In this document: positions 25,666 to 38,169 of the stretch, in pieces
How positions within the stretch are numbered: the first letter of the stretch is position 1
Layout: each line of letters opens with the position of its first letter
NCBI GenBank assembly: GCA_964016885.1
Contig: OZ024743.1
Span: 244,900,001 to 244,964,000, forward strand
Reading direction: 5' to 3'
Length of the DNA: 64,000 nt
Origin: Eledone cirrhosa
Taxonomy: Eukaryota
Position numbers and translations under genes: made by a program
Notes under the pieces: generated by a model
Seen by the model: only the letters and a program-made list of their open reading frames with translations
What the model was told of the DNA's origin: nothing
Database searches by the model: none

Positions 25666-27004
25666 TACATACATACATACATACATACATACATACATAC
25701 ATACATACATACATACATACATACATACATGCATACGTACATACATACACGCATGTGAATAAAAGACATTACGGGGTCGATAAAATAAAGTACCAGTAAT
25801 GCACTGGGTAATTGCTGGCCTTGTGCCTAAAGTAGAAACAATTATTTGGAAGAGAAATCCTTAGACCAGATAACTGTTGTTCTTTCTGTTTGTTTTTTTT
25901 GTTTTTTTTTTACAATTATTTTCTATAAACGATTCTTGGCGAAAAATGAGTCACTGTTTAATTGTTCTGTTATATTTTCCTTAATACATTATTTTTCTTT
26001 GTTTCTCTTTCACCATTAGACAATTGCTCATCTCATGGTGTATTGTATTTTTCAAATGTAACTACATGACTCAGTCAGAGGAAGTGCAGCGCGCGTCACC
26101 TTTTTTTCAGGCCCTTTAAGCCTGGTGGGAAGAGATAAGGGAGGTCTGAATGTTTGCATTAGAAGGAACTCCACTACGATACAAAATAATTGAGAGTGGT
26201 GATGGTATTAAACCGGATGACAGACTAAGCCACCATCCAATACCGGCTTTCTAGAAATTTCCGGATGCTGCTTTAGCGTGCGATTACCTGGTCATTTACT
26301 CTTTAGCGTGCTACCTACCTCAACTATAAGACCTAACCATAAACTGATAGACAAGTCAAGTCATTGCACGGTATAAACTACGGATACTGTGGTAGGCTGC
26401 ATGCTAATGTAGCGCCCAATTTCCGTTTATCAAATTACACTTTTGATCAACCAGAGTCTATACTTTAAAAAATGCCTGCCAAAGAAGCCGAGTAATGGAG
26501 TGGAACGTAAAGGCATTTAGTTACGAAACGGACTTCTCAATCACTTAACCACATATAACATAATCATAACGATGTTTGATATCATTACCAAATATGAACA
26601 ACTACAATAGTGACATCAAAGTCCTTGATTGTTCTATTATCCAAAATTTATTGTCTCAAAAGCTATTGTTTAATGCAACAGAGAGAATTGAAATTATTTA
26701 CATAGCCTGTGTTTAGAAAAATTACGAAAACTGTTGAGTGTTAACTACTGAATTTCAGAGAAATAAATTTATTAACAATTCTTTTATTTTCGACTGAATG
26801 GCGTCAATATTGTACACTATCAGCACCTTCTGTTGGAAATATTTTCATTTAGGAAGTTATTCAAGCAAGTTTCTATGCTTGAATAATTTTTTTTTTGTGC
26901 GTGTGGGGTTTAGATTTTAGAAGCCCAATTTTGTGTTGAATAAAACAAGGCTGTCATCACACGCATTGTTGAGTTTTCAAATCTGTTCAAAATTTAACAT
27001 TATA

Positions 27005-27191
27005 CACACCTGCCAACCTCTAAAAACCCAAACGGGGAGTACCAAGTGCCCCCAAACGGGGAGAAATGAGGCAAAACGGGGAGATTTTACATAATGAAAG
27101 CTATACCCATTTTCAAAAGAGAAGACATCTCTCACCTACCCCAAAGTGGGTGAGAGATCTCCCCGTCGGACAGGGAGAGTTGACAGGTCTG
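27005..27191. mobile_element. MITE-like element with short TIRs
   Basis: CACACCTGCCAAC ... GTTGACAGGTCTG imperfect terminal inverted repeats; internal AAACGGGGAG repeats; no clear TSD. Confidence 0.55.
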
Positions 27192-28014
27192 CATATATGT
27201 ATTTTGGGAAAGAGATATCCCCATCTAAGCAGCCATATATGTATTTTGGTAAATACATTATTGTTATTCTGTTTGTCAAAGAACAAACACATGTACTAAT
27301 ATTTTAGTTAAAACGGACGACAGACGACAAAAATAGGGAGAGCAACAGTCAGTATGACTTTGTTATTTACACACTGAGATCAAGTAACGTCGATATTTAC
27401 TTTGTCTTTCATTATCCGGAGGTCGATAAAATAAAATATCAGCCAAAGGAATGAAAACTATTAAATCGACTTCTACCTTTCTCAAAAATTTGAGACACGA
27501 ATCTTTGTTAGAAATTATTCTTTTGGTAAGACAGTGAATTGGCAGAGATTCATGAGGGGCGAAGGAATGAATTCATTCTGGTATTCATTTCAGCCCTTTG
27601 CGCTCTGAATTTAAATCCTGCTGAGGTCAACCTTATTGCTCTCCGGTGCTATTTATCCTTGGATTGTACATATTGTGTATTATTAAATGGCTTAGAGGAA
27701 TTGGGGCAACATTTATTACTCTTTCCTGGACCTTCGAGACTAGGACGAGAGTTATCCCTAAATCTGCTCCAAATGCTTGCAACAACATAGAATCTGCTAA
27801 AGAGACCCAGGTGCAGGAAGAGGGTTGTGCTCTGAGTGGGTGACGGATTACGTTGAGGGATCAACTGATTCTAGAATAATTTATGGAGAAAACTTATATT
27901 ATGTTTTTTCCTGTTATTTTTTAATACATGAAATGTACCATGACCTTCATCATCACTATGATCATCAAGTATTCATATTTTTCATTTAACCATCCACGTC
28001 TTTCTTCATGTCCA

Positions 28015-28300
28015 GCGATTCATTTCTTAGGACTTCTGACTACATGGTCATAGAATCGGAGCTGTGATCTCTCAATTCGGAAAAGTAGCCGCCCTACCAG
28101 GAGCGACTCTCTGATCTCTGAGCTCCGCACTCTATCGAGTAACGTTACTCCAAAGACCCTTCGGGGGAACTCCATTTCAGCTGCTTGTATTCTCGGTCGT
28201 ATTCTTTCCCAAGATTGATGACCATAGCTATGGGTAGGCACGAACACCGAATTGAAGATAGCGAATTCGGCTTTTAAAGCATACATCCCTTGGCAATATT
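28015..28300 (-). mobile_element. RTE LINE fragment
   Basis: RIQAAEMEFPRRVFGVTLLDRVRSSEIRESL...IERSQLRFYDHVVR. Confidence 0.85.
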
Positions 28301-28355
28301 TCCACGATTTCTCAAAGACCTACTGCAGTGTGAATATTTAGTCACACACACACAC

Positions 28356-28832
<477 letters not shown>

Positions 28833-29019
28833 AACTAGTTGACTAAATGTGTATGTAGTCATCCCCAAAAAAATAATGATAATAATATTTGATCACTACT
28901 ATAAATAACAGTTGGGAAAATCGAATAATGTGTTCTTTGTGACGGAAGAAGGTTGGCAGAGGCACCTGCGAGGAATCGAACCCTCAATTTCTTGGATGTC
29001 GGGTGAGTAATTATTATAA

Positions 29020-29237
29020 TATTGGTTTCAGATTTAGGTACTAAGCCAGCAATTTGGGGTGGAGGAGGGGAAAGTCGATTAAATCGACCTCAATTCCTTA
29101 CTGGTACTTTATTTTATCGACCCCGTGAGGATGAAGGGCAAAGCTAACCTCGGCGGGATTTGAACTCAGAACGTAAATGGCCGTAACTCTATAGTACACA
29201 GCATGTTGTCTGGCGCCCTACCGATACTGCCAATCCA
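29020..29237 (-). mobile_element. tRNA-derived SINE (family A variant)
   Basis: A box TGGCAGTATCGG and B box GAGTTCAAATCC on the minus strand; same core as other copies. Confidence 0.8.
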
Positions 29238-29833
29238 AATGACGTTGGGGACATACAAGGGTGAAAAACAACACAAGTACAGTTTGAAAGTATCCTCTCC
29301 CGTTTTGTTTCCTCCTGGATAGAAAAGCATATTCTGAGTAAGCCCAGTCACCGTCGTTAGTCCCGCGGTTCTCGTCCATCTTTCATAAAGCACTTTTCCC
29401 TCGAAGCTTCTTTCACCATAGTTACCAGGTAGAGGAAGATTCAGCGTGACACAACGAGTGATATGGCAGCTCCCCTTTCAATTATATATACAGTCCAAGG
29501 ACTTCATAAATTTTCCGTTGACCCGAAATTATAGTAAATGACAACACTTACCTAAGATGCTATGTAGCGGGATCGAACCGAGATCTCACAATTGCGAGGT
29601 GAACTTCTTATTCATATATATATAAAGATTCAGCGAGAATGGCGGGCAGGAAAAGCGAAGCGAAACGCAAAAATCAGAAATGATACTGGCAAAGTGCTCA
29701 ATAGTTAAAAACCAGAGCTAAACAATGTGTTAAGAAGCCATACAAAACTGAAAAGGTGGTCAAGAAGGCATTAACCATCCAAGCCAAAAAACCAAATCAA
29801 GCTAAACAGGTCAAAACAAAATAAATGATAAAA

Positions 29834-29919
<86 letters not shown>

Positions 29920-29933
29920 ATATATATACATAC

Positions 29934-29987
<54 letters not shown>

Positions 29988-29994
<7 letters not shown>

Positions 29995-30081
29995 TAACAG
30001 ATTAAAGTTTAAGCAAAGAATCGCTGCGTTCACCCTTAACGAGCCCTCTTTGGATTTGGTCTTCGCATTTATTATTATTAC
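29988..30081. repeat. Mini fold-back remnant of the Penelope 3' terminus
   Basis: TATTAAAATAACAGATTAAAG...CACCCTTAAC matches 46631-46684, joined to GAGCCCTCTTTGG...TTATTACT, the reverse complement of 46539-46581. Confidence 0.8.
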
Positions 30082-30194
30082 TCCCGCCGAGGTTGACTTT
30101 GCCTTTCATCCTTACGGGGTCGATAAAATAAAGTACCAGTAATGTACTGGGTAATTGCTGGCCTTGTGCCAATAGTAGAAATAATTATTACTAT

Positions 30195-30685
30195 ATATAT
30201 ATATAACCTTTAATAAAGTAAGGAACGCGGGACTGCGTACGGTTTATAATTTTTTATCCCATTAGTAAAATAAGTTGGATTACTTTGAATAAATAATGAA
30301 TAAATATTACATAATTTATCTACTAAATTTCGTAGCTGTTGATTAAATATATTTTATTATTTATTTAAAGATTCACTTCTTTATAATTTTCAAATGTCAA
30401 CTCTTTCGGTTAACAATCGCTTAAATAAATATTCATATATTTCCGTCACTAATTTTCTCCTAATGCAGTTTATATATAATATCTTCTTTTTTTAATGTAT
30501 CAGGAATTACGTCACTGATTACGTAAGAGAGTGTAACGCAGTCTTCGTTCAATTTCTGTGTATATTGTCAATTACGATTTTATTTGATGTATCATATCTA
30601 CATGCATATATACTTGCGTATAATATCAATATACACACTACACATGATAGCAGAAAACGACGCGAAGGGTGGTTTTTCTACTAGT
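30195..30685 (+). mobile_element. ~490 bp non-autonomous Helitron
   Basis: 5' region matches the Helitron-type starts at 40146 and 41105. The 3' end AGCAGAAAACGACGCGAAGGGTGGTTTTTCTACTAG|T resembles the hairpin end at 45795-45831. Confidence 0.7.
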
Positions 30686-30721
30686 ATATATAATAAATGA
30701 AATCTGAGTTTTTCGAATATT

Positions 30722-30913
30722 AATAATTGTTTCTACTTTAGGCACAAGGCCAGCAATTACCCAGTGCATTACTGGTACTTTATTTTATCGACCCCGTAAG
30801 GATGAAAGGCAAAGTCAACCTCAGCGGGATTTGAACTCAGATCGTAAAGGGACGTAACTATGCTGGAAAGCATGGCGTCCGACCCTCTACCGATACTGCC
30901 AATCCACCGCCCT
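30722..30913 (-). mobile_element. Full-length tRNA-derived SINE (family A, Meta-domain-like core) with TSD
   Basis: A/B boxes; core GTTGACTTTGCCTTTCATCCTTACGGGGTCGATAAAATAAAGTACCAG; ~18 bp duplication TTTTCGAATATTAATAAT on both sides. Confidence 0.92.
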
Positions 30914-31112
30914 TTTCGAATATTAATAATAACATTCGATTCGTTTGCAATTATGCAAACAAGCCCCATTTTGATATGCAAATCTGGCTGATCAGTGGAT
31001 CTGCTAATATGTAGATGTGACTGATCAGCCAGTCTGCTAATATGCAAAACAGACCGATCAGTCATTGTATATTTTAGAAAATAGCATATATTTTCACTAG
31101 CTCTGACAGTTT

Positions 31113-31186
31113 GCAGGTGAACAGTGAGCTGTACTGATGAAGGGTGCTACCCAGAAACATTAGTGTCTGCAGTTCTGTTTACATGC
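31113..31186 (+). ncRNA. Type I hammerhead ribozyme with extended bulged stem I
   Basis: Stem I GTGAACAG-[TG]-AGCTGTA / TGCAGTT-CTGTTTAC; CTGATGA 31134-31140; stem II GGGT-GCT-ACCC closed by an A/A mismatch; GAAA at 31154; stem III ACA-TTAG-TGT; GUC triplet with predicted cut after 31167. Confidence 0.82.
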
Positions 31187-31335
31187 CAACACAAGAGCAA
31201 GAATGAAGGGTTCATTCTACTGACTTGGCTTTAAAAATGAGGCTTGTTTGCATAACTGCAAACGAATCGAATGTTATTATTAATATTCGAAAAACTCAGA
31301 TTACATTTATTGTATTCAGCCATGTAGAGCGAATT

Positions 31336-31372
<37 letters not shown>

Positions 31373-31376
<4 letters not shown>

Positions 31377-31575
31377 GGTAAACAGAAATAACAACACAAT
31401 CGGTACAGTATATGGGAGGGATATATTAGGTTAACGCTTGATATAGCAGGAAGAGGATTTTAACGTTTCAGACGCTAGTCCTTCATCAGAAGAAACAATG
31501 AGAAATAAAATAGATTGAGAGGACGGGCGGGATGGAATTGAAAAAAATGTCTTTAGATAAAAATAACAGGTCTGT
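31373..31575 (-). mobile_element. ~200 bp (CA)n-tailed element with a minimal hammerhead (core 31458-31493)
   Basis: Minus strand reads TTCTT-CTGATGA-AGGAC-TAGC-GTCT-GAAAC-GTT-AAAA. Copies at 32044, 37040, 46290 and 61963. Confidence 0.75.
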
Positions 31576-31723
31576 TCATGTTGACATCTCTTACAAAACT
31601 GTTGGTGCTGGCGTTTTGTGTATGAATTTATTTTTTTAGAAAAATGGATGATGGCGCGCGTCTACCTGAAATGGAAAAAAAAACCGTTTTGTAAAAAGAG
31701 CTATATTTGAGCACGTGCGTAAG

Positions 31724-31774
<51 letters not shown>

Positions 31775-32043
31775 ATACGTCCGTACGAAGCTAAGAAGAA
31801 ATGTGTGTGTACATGTGAGTAAAATGGTGTGTGTGCATGTAAGTACGAAGCTATGAACAAAAGTATGTTAATATAGGGGTGTGTATGTGTGTATACAGAC
31901 CAGTGAAAGGAAAAATGGAGTGAGCATATATAGTCGGCATGTATTAGTTGTAAGAGGAGCTGCTAATGATCAAGAGAAAGCGATGGGAATCTAGGGGTGT
32001 GATAATGGACGGGGTATTAGAGAAATCTGTGTGTGTGTGTGTG

Positions 32044-32255
32044 TAAAAGGTAAACAGAAATAACAAAATTAACAAAACAAATAACATAGTACATGGAAGA
32101 AATATATTAGTTTACCGCTTGAAATAGCAAGAAGAGAGTTTTAACGTTTCGGTCATTAGTCCTTCATCAGAAGATAAAGTTAGAAATAGAAGATAAATGG
32201 AAAGTAAAGAGTGAAGAGAGGAAGGAACGGGGAAAATGAGAAAAAAAAATTAAGT
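32044..32255 (-). mobile_element. (CA)n-tailed minimal-hammerhead element, diverged copy
   Basis: Minus strand reads TCTT-CTGATGA-AGGACTAATGACC-GAAAC-GTT-AAAA (32139-32174). Confidence 0.7.
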
Positions 32256-32384
32256 AGAAAAAAAACACTCGTGTGTAATCAGGCGGCCATATATATATAA
32301 CAACTGGTTTCTAATTAAAATACATCTAGGCCAAAGTTATATAAGATTGTTGCGAGATATGAAATATACGTATTTATATATATA

Positions 32385-32493
<109 letters not shown>

Positions 32494-32879
32494 ATATATA
32501 TAAATATCTCACAATAACCTTATATAACTTTGATCTAGCAACAATTTTATATAACTTTGACCTAGAAGTACTTTAATTAGAAACCGGTTCCTATATAGTT
32601 CATACAAAAGTGCATGGAATGGAATGCAACGATCTTGTTATCAGATATGATATTGGTGCCAGACAGACTGATAATGCTTCAAATTTACGATTCTGTATTT
32701 AGTAATCATTACCCGCCCAATGCTATCAATCAATGCTACCTATTAGCTTTATGACATTAATTCTTCATCTCTATTTAACGTTGATCATAATCACTTCACA
32801 TTCTCATACTACCGTTTCTGCTGTTTTAACCCCATAAAGTATATCCAGATATCGATATAAAATTAACCTTTAACCTTCT

Positions 32880-33030
32880 GGTGCCCTCACTCTGCGAATT
32901 GCCGTTTTCTCCGACAAATAGGAAGGAAGGTTCACCTCGAAAGGTGGAATGGCTGATGCAGCGGGTATCACGGGCTATTCACCACAGCAATACTTTCGCC
33001 ATCTGTCCACGAGGTGCAGCCGTGATATAC
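32880..33030 (+). mobile_element. Probable 3' end of a restriction-like-endonuclease (CRE-like) LINE
   Basis: EWLMQRVSRAIHHSNTFAI resembles the FLxQRxSxAIQRGNA C-terminal motif of CRE-type elements. Confidence 0.5.
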
Positions 33031-33142
33031 CGTCCAACCAAGGATGTAGAGTTTGCTTCTTCCTCGTTTCCCACATTTGTTTCTTTTCTCTTTCTTTTTC
33101 TCTTTCCTTTTGTCATTAGGATATTGTAAATAAACTGTAAAC

Positions 33143-33439
33143 CAGAAGTTCTCAAACTTTTGGGACCACCGCCCCTCTCACGACCATGTAATACCCTCAG
33201 CGCCCCACCCATATCTCCAGAGAGACCTGCTTACACAATTGTAAATAATATATAATAAATAAAATCATCAATTTATATATAATAAATAATATAAAATAAT
33301 CATGTATAAATAAATATATATTTTTTATTTTACTATATTTATATACAATATATATCATTTGATATCTAATATGTTACTATATCATCTCTACCGCTTCCCC
33401 ACGGCCCCCTTAGGCCCCAGCACCCCGGGAGAACCTCTG
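33143..33439. mobile_element. hAT/Charlie-type MITE
   Basis: TIRs CAGAAGTTCTC / GAGAACCTCTG; 8 bp TSD CTGTAAAC / CTGTAGAC. Confidence 0.8.
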
Positions 33440-34444
33440 CTGTAGACCAACAACTTCAATTTCAAAGTTTATTCCGTACAAGATATTCAATATATGTTGT
33501 CATTGTTGTTGAGTTGACATAATCAAAAGAGTACATGCTTCAATGTGTGCTTACTATTTTTACATGATTACCGATGCGTAAACTAGGATTGAACTGTGAA
33601 TATGTATTTACACAAACTAGTTTGCATGTGTATGAACTCGTCACTCCTGATGGAGTCGTGGGGGACGCTGTCGTGACATACAGCATTTTCTAAAACTTGG
33701 CAGAGCCCATCTCTCTCTTCAGGTCTGAACACAGCCGATTCTTCCATAGGAAAAAAAAAATTATAAAGAGTGAAAAAAAAAAAAGTTATAAAGAGTGAAT
33801 CGATCCTAGTATTGCTACTTTGTTGATCGACCTCGAAAGGATGAAGACAAAGTTGACCTCAGCGAGATCTGAACTCAGGGTGCAGAGAACCAGAACGAAC
33901 ACCACGAAGTCTTCTATCCGACGTTTTATCAACTCAGCCAATTTGCAACAGTAAAACGAAATCAGATCTATAACCAGAAATTGTGATAGAATAATTCAAC
34001 AGTACAACAGATGTTAGGTTCATGCTTACTAAGAAATGCCTCACCAATCAGAATCAACCGCTTCGGTCTATAACAAATTGTTTAAAATAAAGATTATAAG
34101 AAAGTTAGACCCCTTACAGTGGAAAACAATCTCGTTCGAAATGTTAGCCTTCCCCATCCCTTCATGGCAAACTAATTTATTCCTCTTTATTAACTTTTGT
34201 ACTAACTATTTACTAACACCAGTTATGTCACGCTAACTCTCCCTGAAAACTACGTCAAAGGGAGCACATGTCTGTGGAATGCTCAGCTACTTGCACGTTA
34301 ATTTACATTAGTTTCCTTGGATACTACAGTTTTACTAGAGTAAGGAACAACCGACACTATATGTTACATTGATCCACGGTCATAACGTTAGAAGTGAAAA
34401 CACAAGAGAGAAAAACATTATAGAATAGTTCATTCTGTTAGGTT

Positions 34445-34680
34445 TCGGCTCATAATTGTAAGATCGTGAGCTCGATTCCCAGCAGCGAGTTGTGTCCTTC
34501 AACAAGATACTTTATTTCACGCTGCTCCTGTCCACTCAACTGGAAGATATGAGTTGTACGTGTAGTTCAAAAGACCAGTTATGTCACGCTAACTCTCCCT
34601 GAAAACTACGTTAAAGGAGTACGTGCCTGTGGAATGCTTAGCTACTTGCACGTTAATTTCATGAGCAGGTTAGAACATGT
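34445..34680 (+). mobile_element. CORE-like tRNA SINE; part of the body is duplicated at 34219-34305
   Basis: GAGCTCGATTCC B-box remnant and GTTGTGTCCTTCAACAAGATACTTTATTTCAC. Related minus-strand copies near 55705-55900 and 61255-61545. Confidence 0.65.
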
Positions 34681-34894
34681 GTCATTGGAACACATGTAAA
34701 AATCATGGTACAGAGTGGATCATAAATCCCAGCGAATATTTACTGGTAGCACCAATACTACTTGGCACCGCTGGAGGGAGTGGTACTGTCAGGAGGTGTC
34801 TAAATCGTTGAGATCTCCAGTCGACAGCTGATGAATGGAGTCCTGCAGTGCAATGTAAGCTGTAGGTGTAAACATATATGTGTGTGTGTGTTTA

Positions 34895-34933
<39 letters not shown>

Positions 34934-35292
34934 GCATGTATGAGCTGGTATAATCGTGCTACCTCTCACATAGACACGAGAAAGTGAGAGAGAGACACGA
35001 GCAACCAAAAGTGAGGAGGAGAAGAGGAAGGGAGATAATCCAGAAGGTTGTTTTTTTTTACGACGGTGGTAAAAACGTGCCGCAAAGATTGCGGACAGAG
35101 AGGCCACCACGGCACGTGTAAACATGTCAACAATCAAAACCGAACGGGTGGATAGAGAGAGAGAGAGGGAGAGAGAAAAAAACGTGAGTGAGGAGAAGGG
35201 AAGAGAGAAGGGAGGGTCGATGCGAAAGTGTGGAGGGAACACAGATCGACCAAAGCAGGTAGGGCCACAGCGGTAAATACAAAATGATATGA

Positions 35293-35674
35293 AACGAAAG
35301 GAGCTGTGTGGTTACTAAAACAAGGTTTAGGGTGGTGGTTAGGACGGAACAGGAGGAGAAAGGAAGAAAGGAGTTTCCATTGTCAGCTGTAAATGTTTCC
35401 CGATGTTTCGGCGCTGAATTACAGGACATCGGGGTAGTTCGGGTGCGCCCGAGGCCTTTTATTAATCAAAAGGCCAGGTGGAAAAGGAGAGAGTTTGATT
35501 AATAAAAGGCCTCGGGCGCACCCGGACTACCCCGATGTCCTGTAATTCAGCGCCGAAACATCAGTTTGAGATACATTTACAGCTGACGATGGAAACTCCT
35601 TTCTTCCTTTCTCCTCCTGTTCCGTCCTAACCACCACCCTAAACCTTGTTTTAGTAACCACACCGCTCCTTTCG

Positions 35675-35676
<2 letters not shown>
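35293..35676. repeat. Near-perfect palindrome, ~180 bp arms, ~23 nt loop, ending in (TA)n
   Basis: AACGAAAGGAGC...TTAATCAAA [loop] TTTGATTAA...GCTCCTTTCGTT. Confidence 0.95.
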
Positions 35677-35741
<65 letters not shown>

Positions 35742-35780
35742 ATATTAATAAATGGAAACTATATTTATAAAACCATAATT

Positions 35781-35844
35781 ATTTTATTATATATATTTCA
35801 AGGGCGACCAAGGTAAATTATGGTGCGCTTTCATCAGATAAAAT
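35781..35844 (-). ncRNA. Minimal type I hammerhead (left arm)
   Basis: Minus strand reads ATTTTAT-CTGATGA-AAGCGCACCA...TGGTCGCCCTT-GAAA-TATATATA-ATAAAAT, with a palindromic stem III. Confidence 0.72.
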
Positions 35845-35999
35845 ACAGATTTGTTTTATAAATAAATATTGACATACCCGGAAAAAAGACAACCTCAACG
35901 GTTGGAGCTTTCTGGGTAGTTATCCAGGAAGCTCCAACCGTTAAGGTTGTCTTTTTTCAGGGTATGTCAATATTTATTTATAAAACTAATCTGTATTGT

Positions 36000-36063
36000 A
36001 TTTTATCTGATGAAAGCGCACCATAATTTGCCTTGGTGGCCCTTGAAATATGTATAATAAAAT
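36000..36063 (+). ncRNA. Minimal type I hammerhead (right arm)
   Basis: Stem I ATTTTAT/ATAAAAT; CTGATGA at 36007; stem II AAG..ACCA/TGGT..CTT; GAAA at 36045; AUA triplet. Confidence 0.72.
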
Positions 36064-36941
36064 AAATATGGTTTTATAAATATAGTTTCCATTTGTTAAT
36101 ATGTTGTATATTTACTCCAATTAACTGTTGAGTGCTTTATATCAGTTATAAAAATATTTTTAAGCTCGTTGTATCCCAACAAATTAAATATAACCTCTGC
36201 ATATAAATGTATATATATATATTTTTTTTCTATTATCACTTCACGCAATATTTTATGTTGAGATTCCAGTGAAAATATCTGTAAAAATATCTATAAAGCT
36301 ATCTAACCGAAAGTTCCCACTCCGAAGGTAAAAACATGAAAAAAATAAAATAAGAAAAATAAAAACACAAACTATCTATAAATAGGAATGACGTCACAAG
36401 TATGCGTTTTTGCCTAACGTTTAGTTAATTGCTATTACCTCTGTACAGGTAATAGAAACACTACTGATTTCTACTATTTAACTCACACTTGTTCTTTGGC
36501 TCTTTCATATAATCTAGGAGTTCTTTGCTAAAGTCAAGATTCCAGTGAATACAAAAAGGTTATGGCAGGATTCCAGCAAACTAGCAAGATTTAGCCAGAA
36601 GTTTTTCTCTGACTTTAACTGACGTAGAAACAGCTGAAGGGCATTTTTATTTTTATGTTGTTGTATATATATTAGATGAGAGTTTTATAGTAACGGAGTA
36701 TGGGAAAATATTAAACACAGAAGAGTGCGTATATAAATAAATATGCGTGTGTATGTGTGTGTATATGTGTGTATGTGTGTGTATGTGTATGTGTGTGTCT
36801 GTGTGTGTATGTGTGTATGTGTATGTGCGTGTGCGCTTGTGTGTATGTGTATGTGTGTGTGCGCTTGTGTGTATGTGCATGTGTGTGTGTATGTGTGTAT
36901 GTGTGTGTCTTTATGTGTATGTGTGTGTATGTGTGTGTGTC

Positions 36942-36997
<56 letters not shown>

Positions 36998-37039
36998 GAC
37001 TGGCTGAATACACGTGTTTTTTCTAAAAACATTTATTTT

Positions 37040-37206
37040 CTGTTCTCACTCTTTATTTTTCTATTTTATCTTTTATTTATCTTTTATTTTTTATTCTATA
37101 TTCTGATGAAAGACGTTAAGACTATTTTCCTACCATATCAAGTGTTAAACTAATGTATTTCTTCATTGTACTCTGCCATTCGTTTTGTTATTTCAATTTA
37201 CTTTTT
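37040..37206 (+). mobile_element. Old, internally deleted copy of the minimal-hammerhead element
   Basis: TTCTGATGAAAG^ACGTTAAGAC...CAAGTGTTAAACTAATGTATTTC aligns by eye to 46354-46470 with stem II lost. Confidence 0.55.
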
Positions 37207-37767
37207 GAATACACGTAGACGCATATACTACATACATAGAGTCACAGTCATATATATAAAACTAGGTATATACTTAAGGTTACGTACAACTCAACCCCCA
37301 TCCACTCACTCAATGAATTTACAGAAAAAAATCGCTTGTTGTAAATACGAATCCGTAAGTCAGGGTGGAGACTACACATTAAACAATGTATAAACGGCTT
37401 AGTGTGGGAACAAATATACTGCTTCGAACTGTAACAGTTTCTTTACCACATTCTATATAAGCAACATGAAATAAAGTGTCAAATCGAATTCACGACCTCA
37501 CGATCGTAAGCTCAACGCTCTAGCATTTAAGTCATATATACACACATACACACGTACGTGAACAAAGAATATAGAGGTGAAAGGGTAGAGGTTGTGGATA
37601 AGTTCAACTTGTAGGAGAAGGTGGTGGTGGGCTCAAGTGAAGTATACTTTAAAGAAAAGTTTAAGGGCCAATAGCGTGTCGTTGTGAGCGATCCCTAGTA
37701 AACAGGTGAATGTTTTTAAAGTAATTTTTCCCATTTGATATTATAATTCATGATTCTGGGCGGCAGG

Positions 37768-37826
37768 TGGTGTAATGTTTAGCATTCTGTACACTGAATT
37801 CAGTGATTCCAGGTCAAGTTTCTGTG
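37768..37826 (+). pseudogene. Degenerate tRNA-Gln-like sequence (pseudogene or SINE head)
   Basis: TGGTGTAATGTTTAGCATTCTGTACACTGAATTCAGTGATTCCAGGTCAAG resembles eukaryotic tRNA-Gln(CTG) TGGTGTAATGGTTAGCACTCTGGACTCTGAATCCAGCGATCCGAGTTCAAA. Confidence 0.5.
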
Positions 37827-37991
37827 ATGCCTTCTTTATGCACAACGTGCACAAATTTCTGTGATGCCTTCTTTATGCACAACGTGCACAAATTTCTGTG
37901 ATGCCTTCTTTATGCACAACGTGCACAAATTTCTGTGATGCCTTCTTTATGCACAACGTGCACAAATTTCTGTGATGCCTTCTTTATGCAC
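37819..37991. repeat. 37 bp perfect tandem repeat x~4.6
   Basis: TTTCTGTGATGCCTTCTTTATGCACAACGTGCACAAA recurs with period 37. Confidence 0.95.
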
Positions 37992-38169
37992 ATTAGGAGA
38001 ACAACGAACAAACATGTCACTCCCGTCTTTTTCACCTGCAAAAAAAATAGACAAAACAAAACAACAACAAAACGCCCCCCCCCCCCCCCACACACACACA
38101 ATATTACAAATTTTAAAGAAAACATCATCCCCCACACTTTCCATAAGCACGAGGATCACGCAACTGGGG

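Larger units (their letters stand above)
30692..31311. mobile_element. Inverted-repeat element enclosing a hammerhead ribozyme; left arm split by a SINE
   Basis: 30692-30727 plus 30913-30972 is the reverse complement of 31234-31311. Confidence 0.8.
35737..36107. repeat. Near-perfect palindrome (~175 bp arms) with one hammerhead on each arm
   Basis: CAATATATTAATAAATGG...TTGGAGCTT / AAGCTCCAA...CCATTTGTTAATATGTTG; begins at (TA)n. Confidence 0.93.

Noticed and set aside
30820-30913. Functional tRNA gene
   Set aside because: The A/B boxes belong to a multi-copy SINE with core, tail and TSD; no intact cloverleaf.
35578-35605. CTGACGA-TG-GAAAC in the palindrome arm
   Set aside because: No room for stem II, and the other arm does not keep the box.
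37819-37991. CRISPR-like 37 bp repeats (also 28 bp repeats at 18006)
   Set aside because: Head-to-tail with no unique spacers, no cas genes, and a eukaryotic context.
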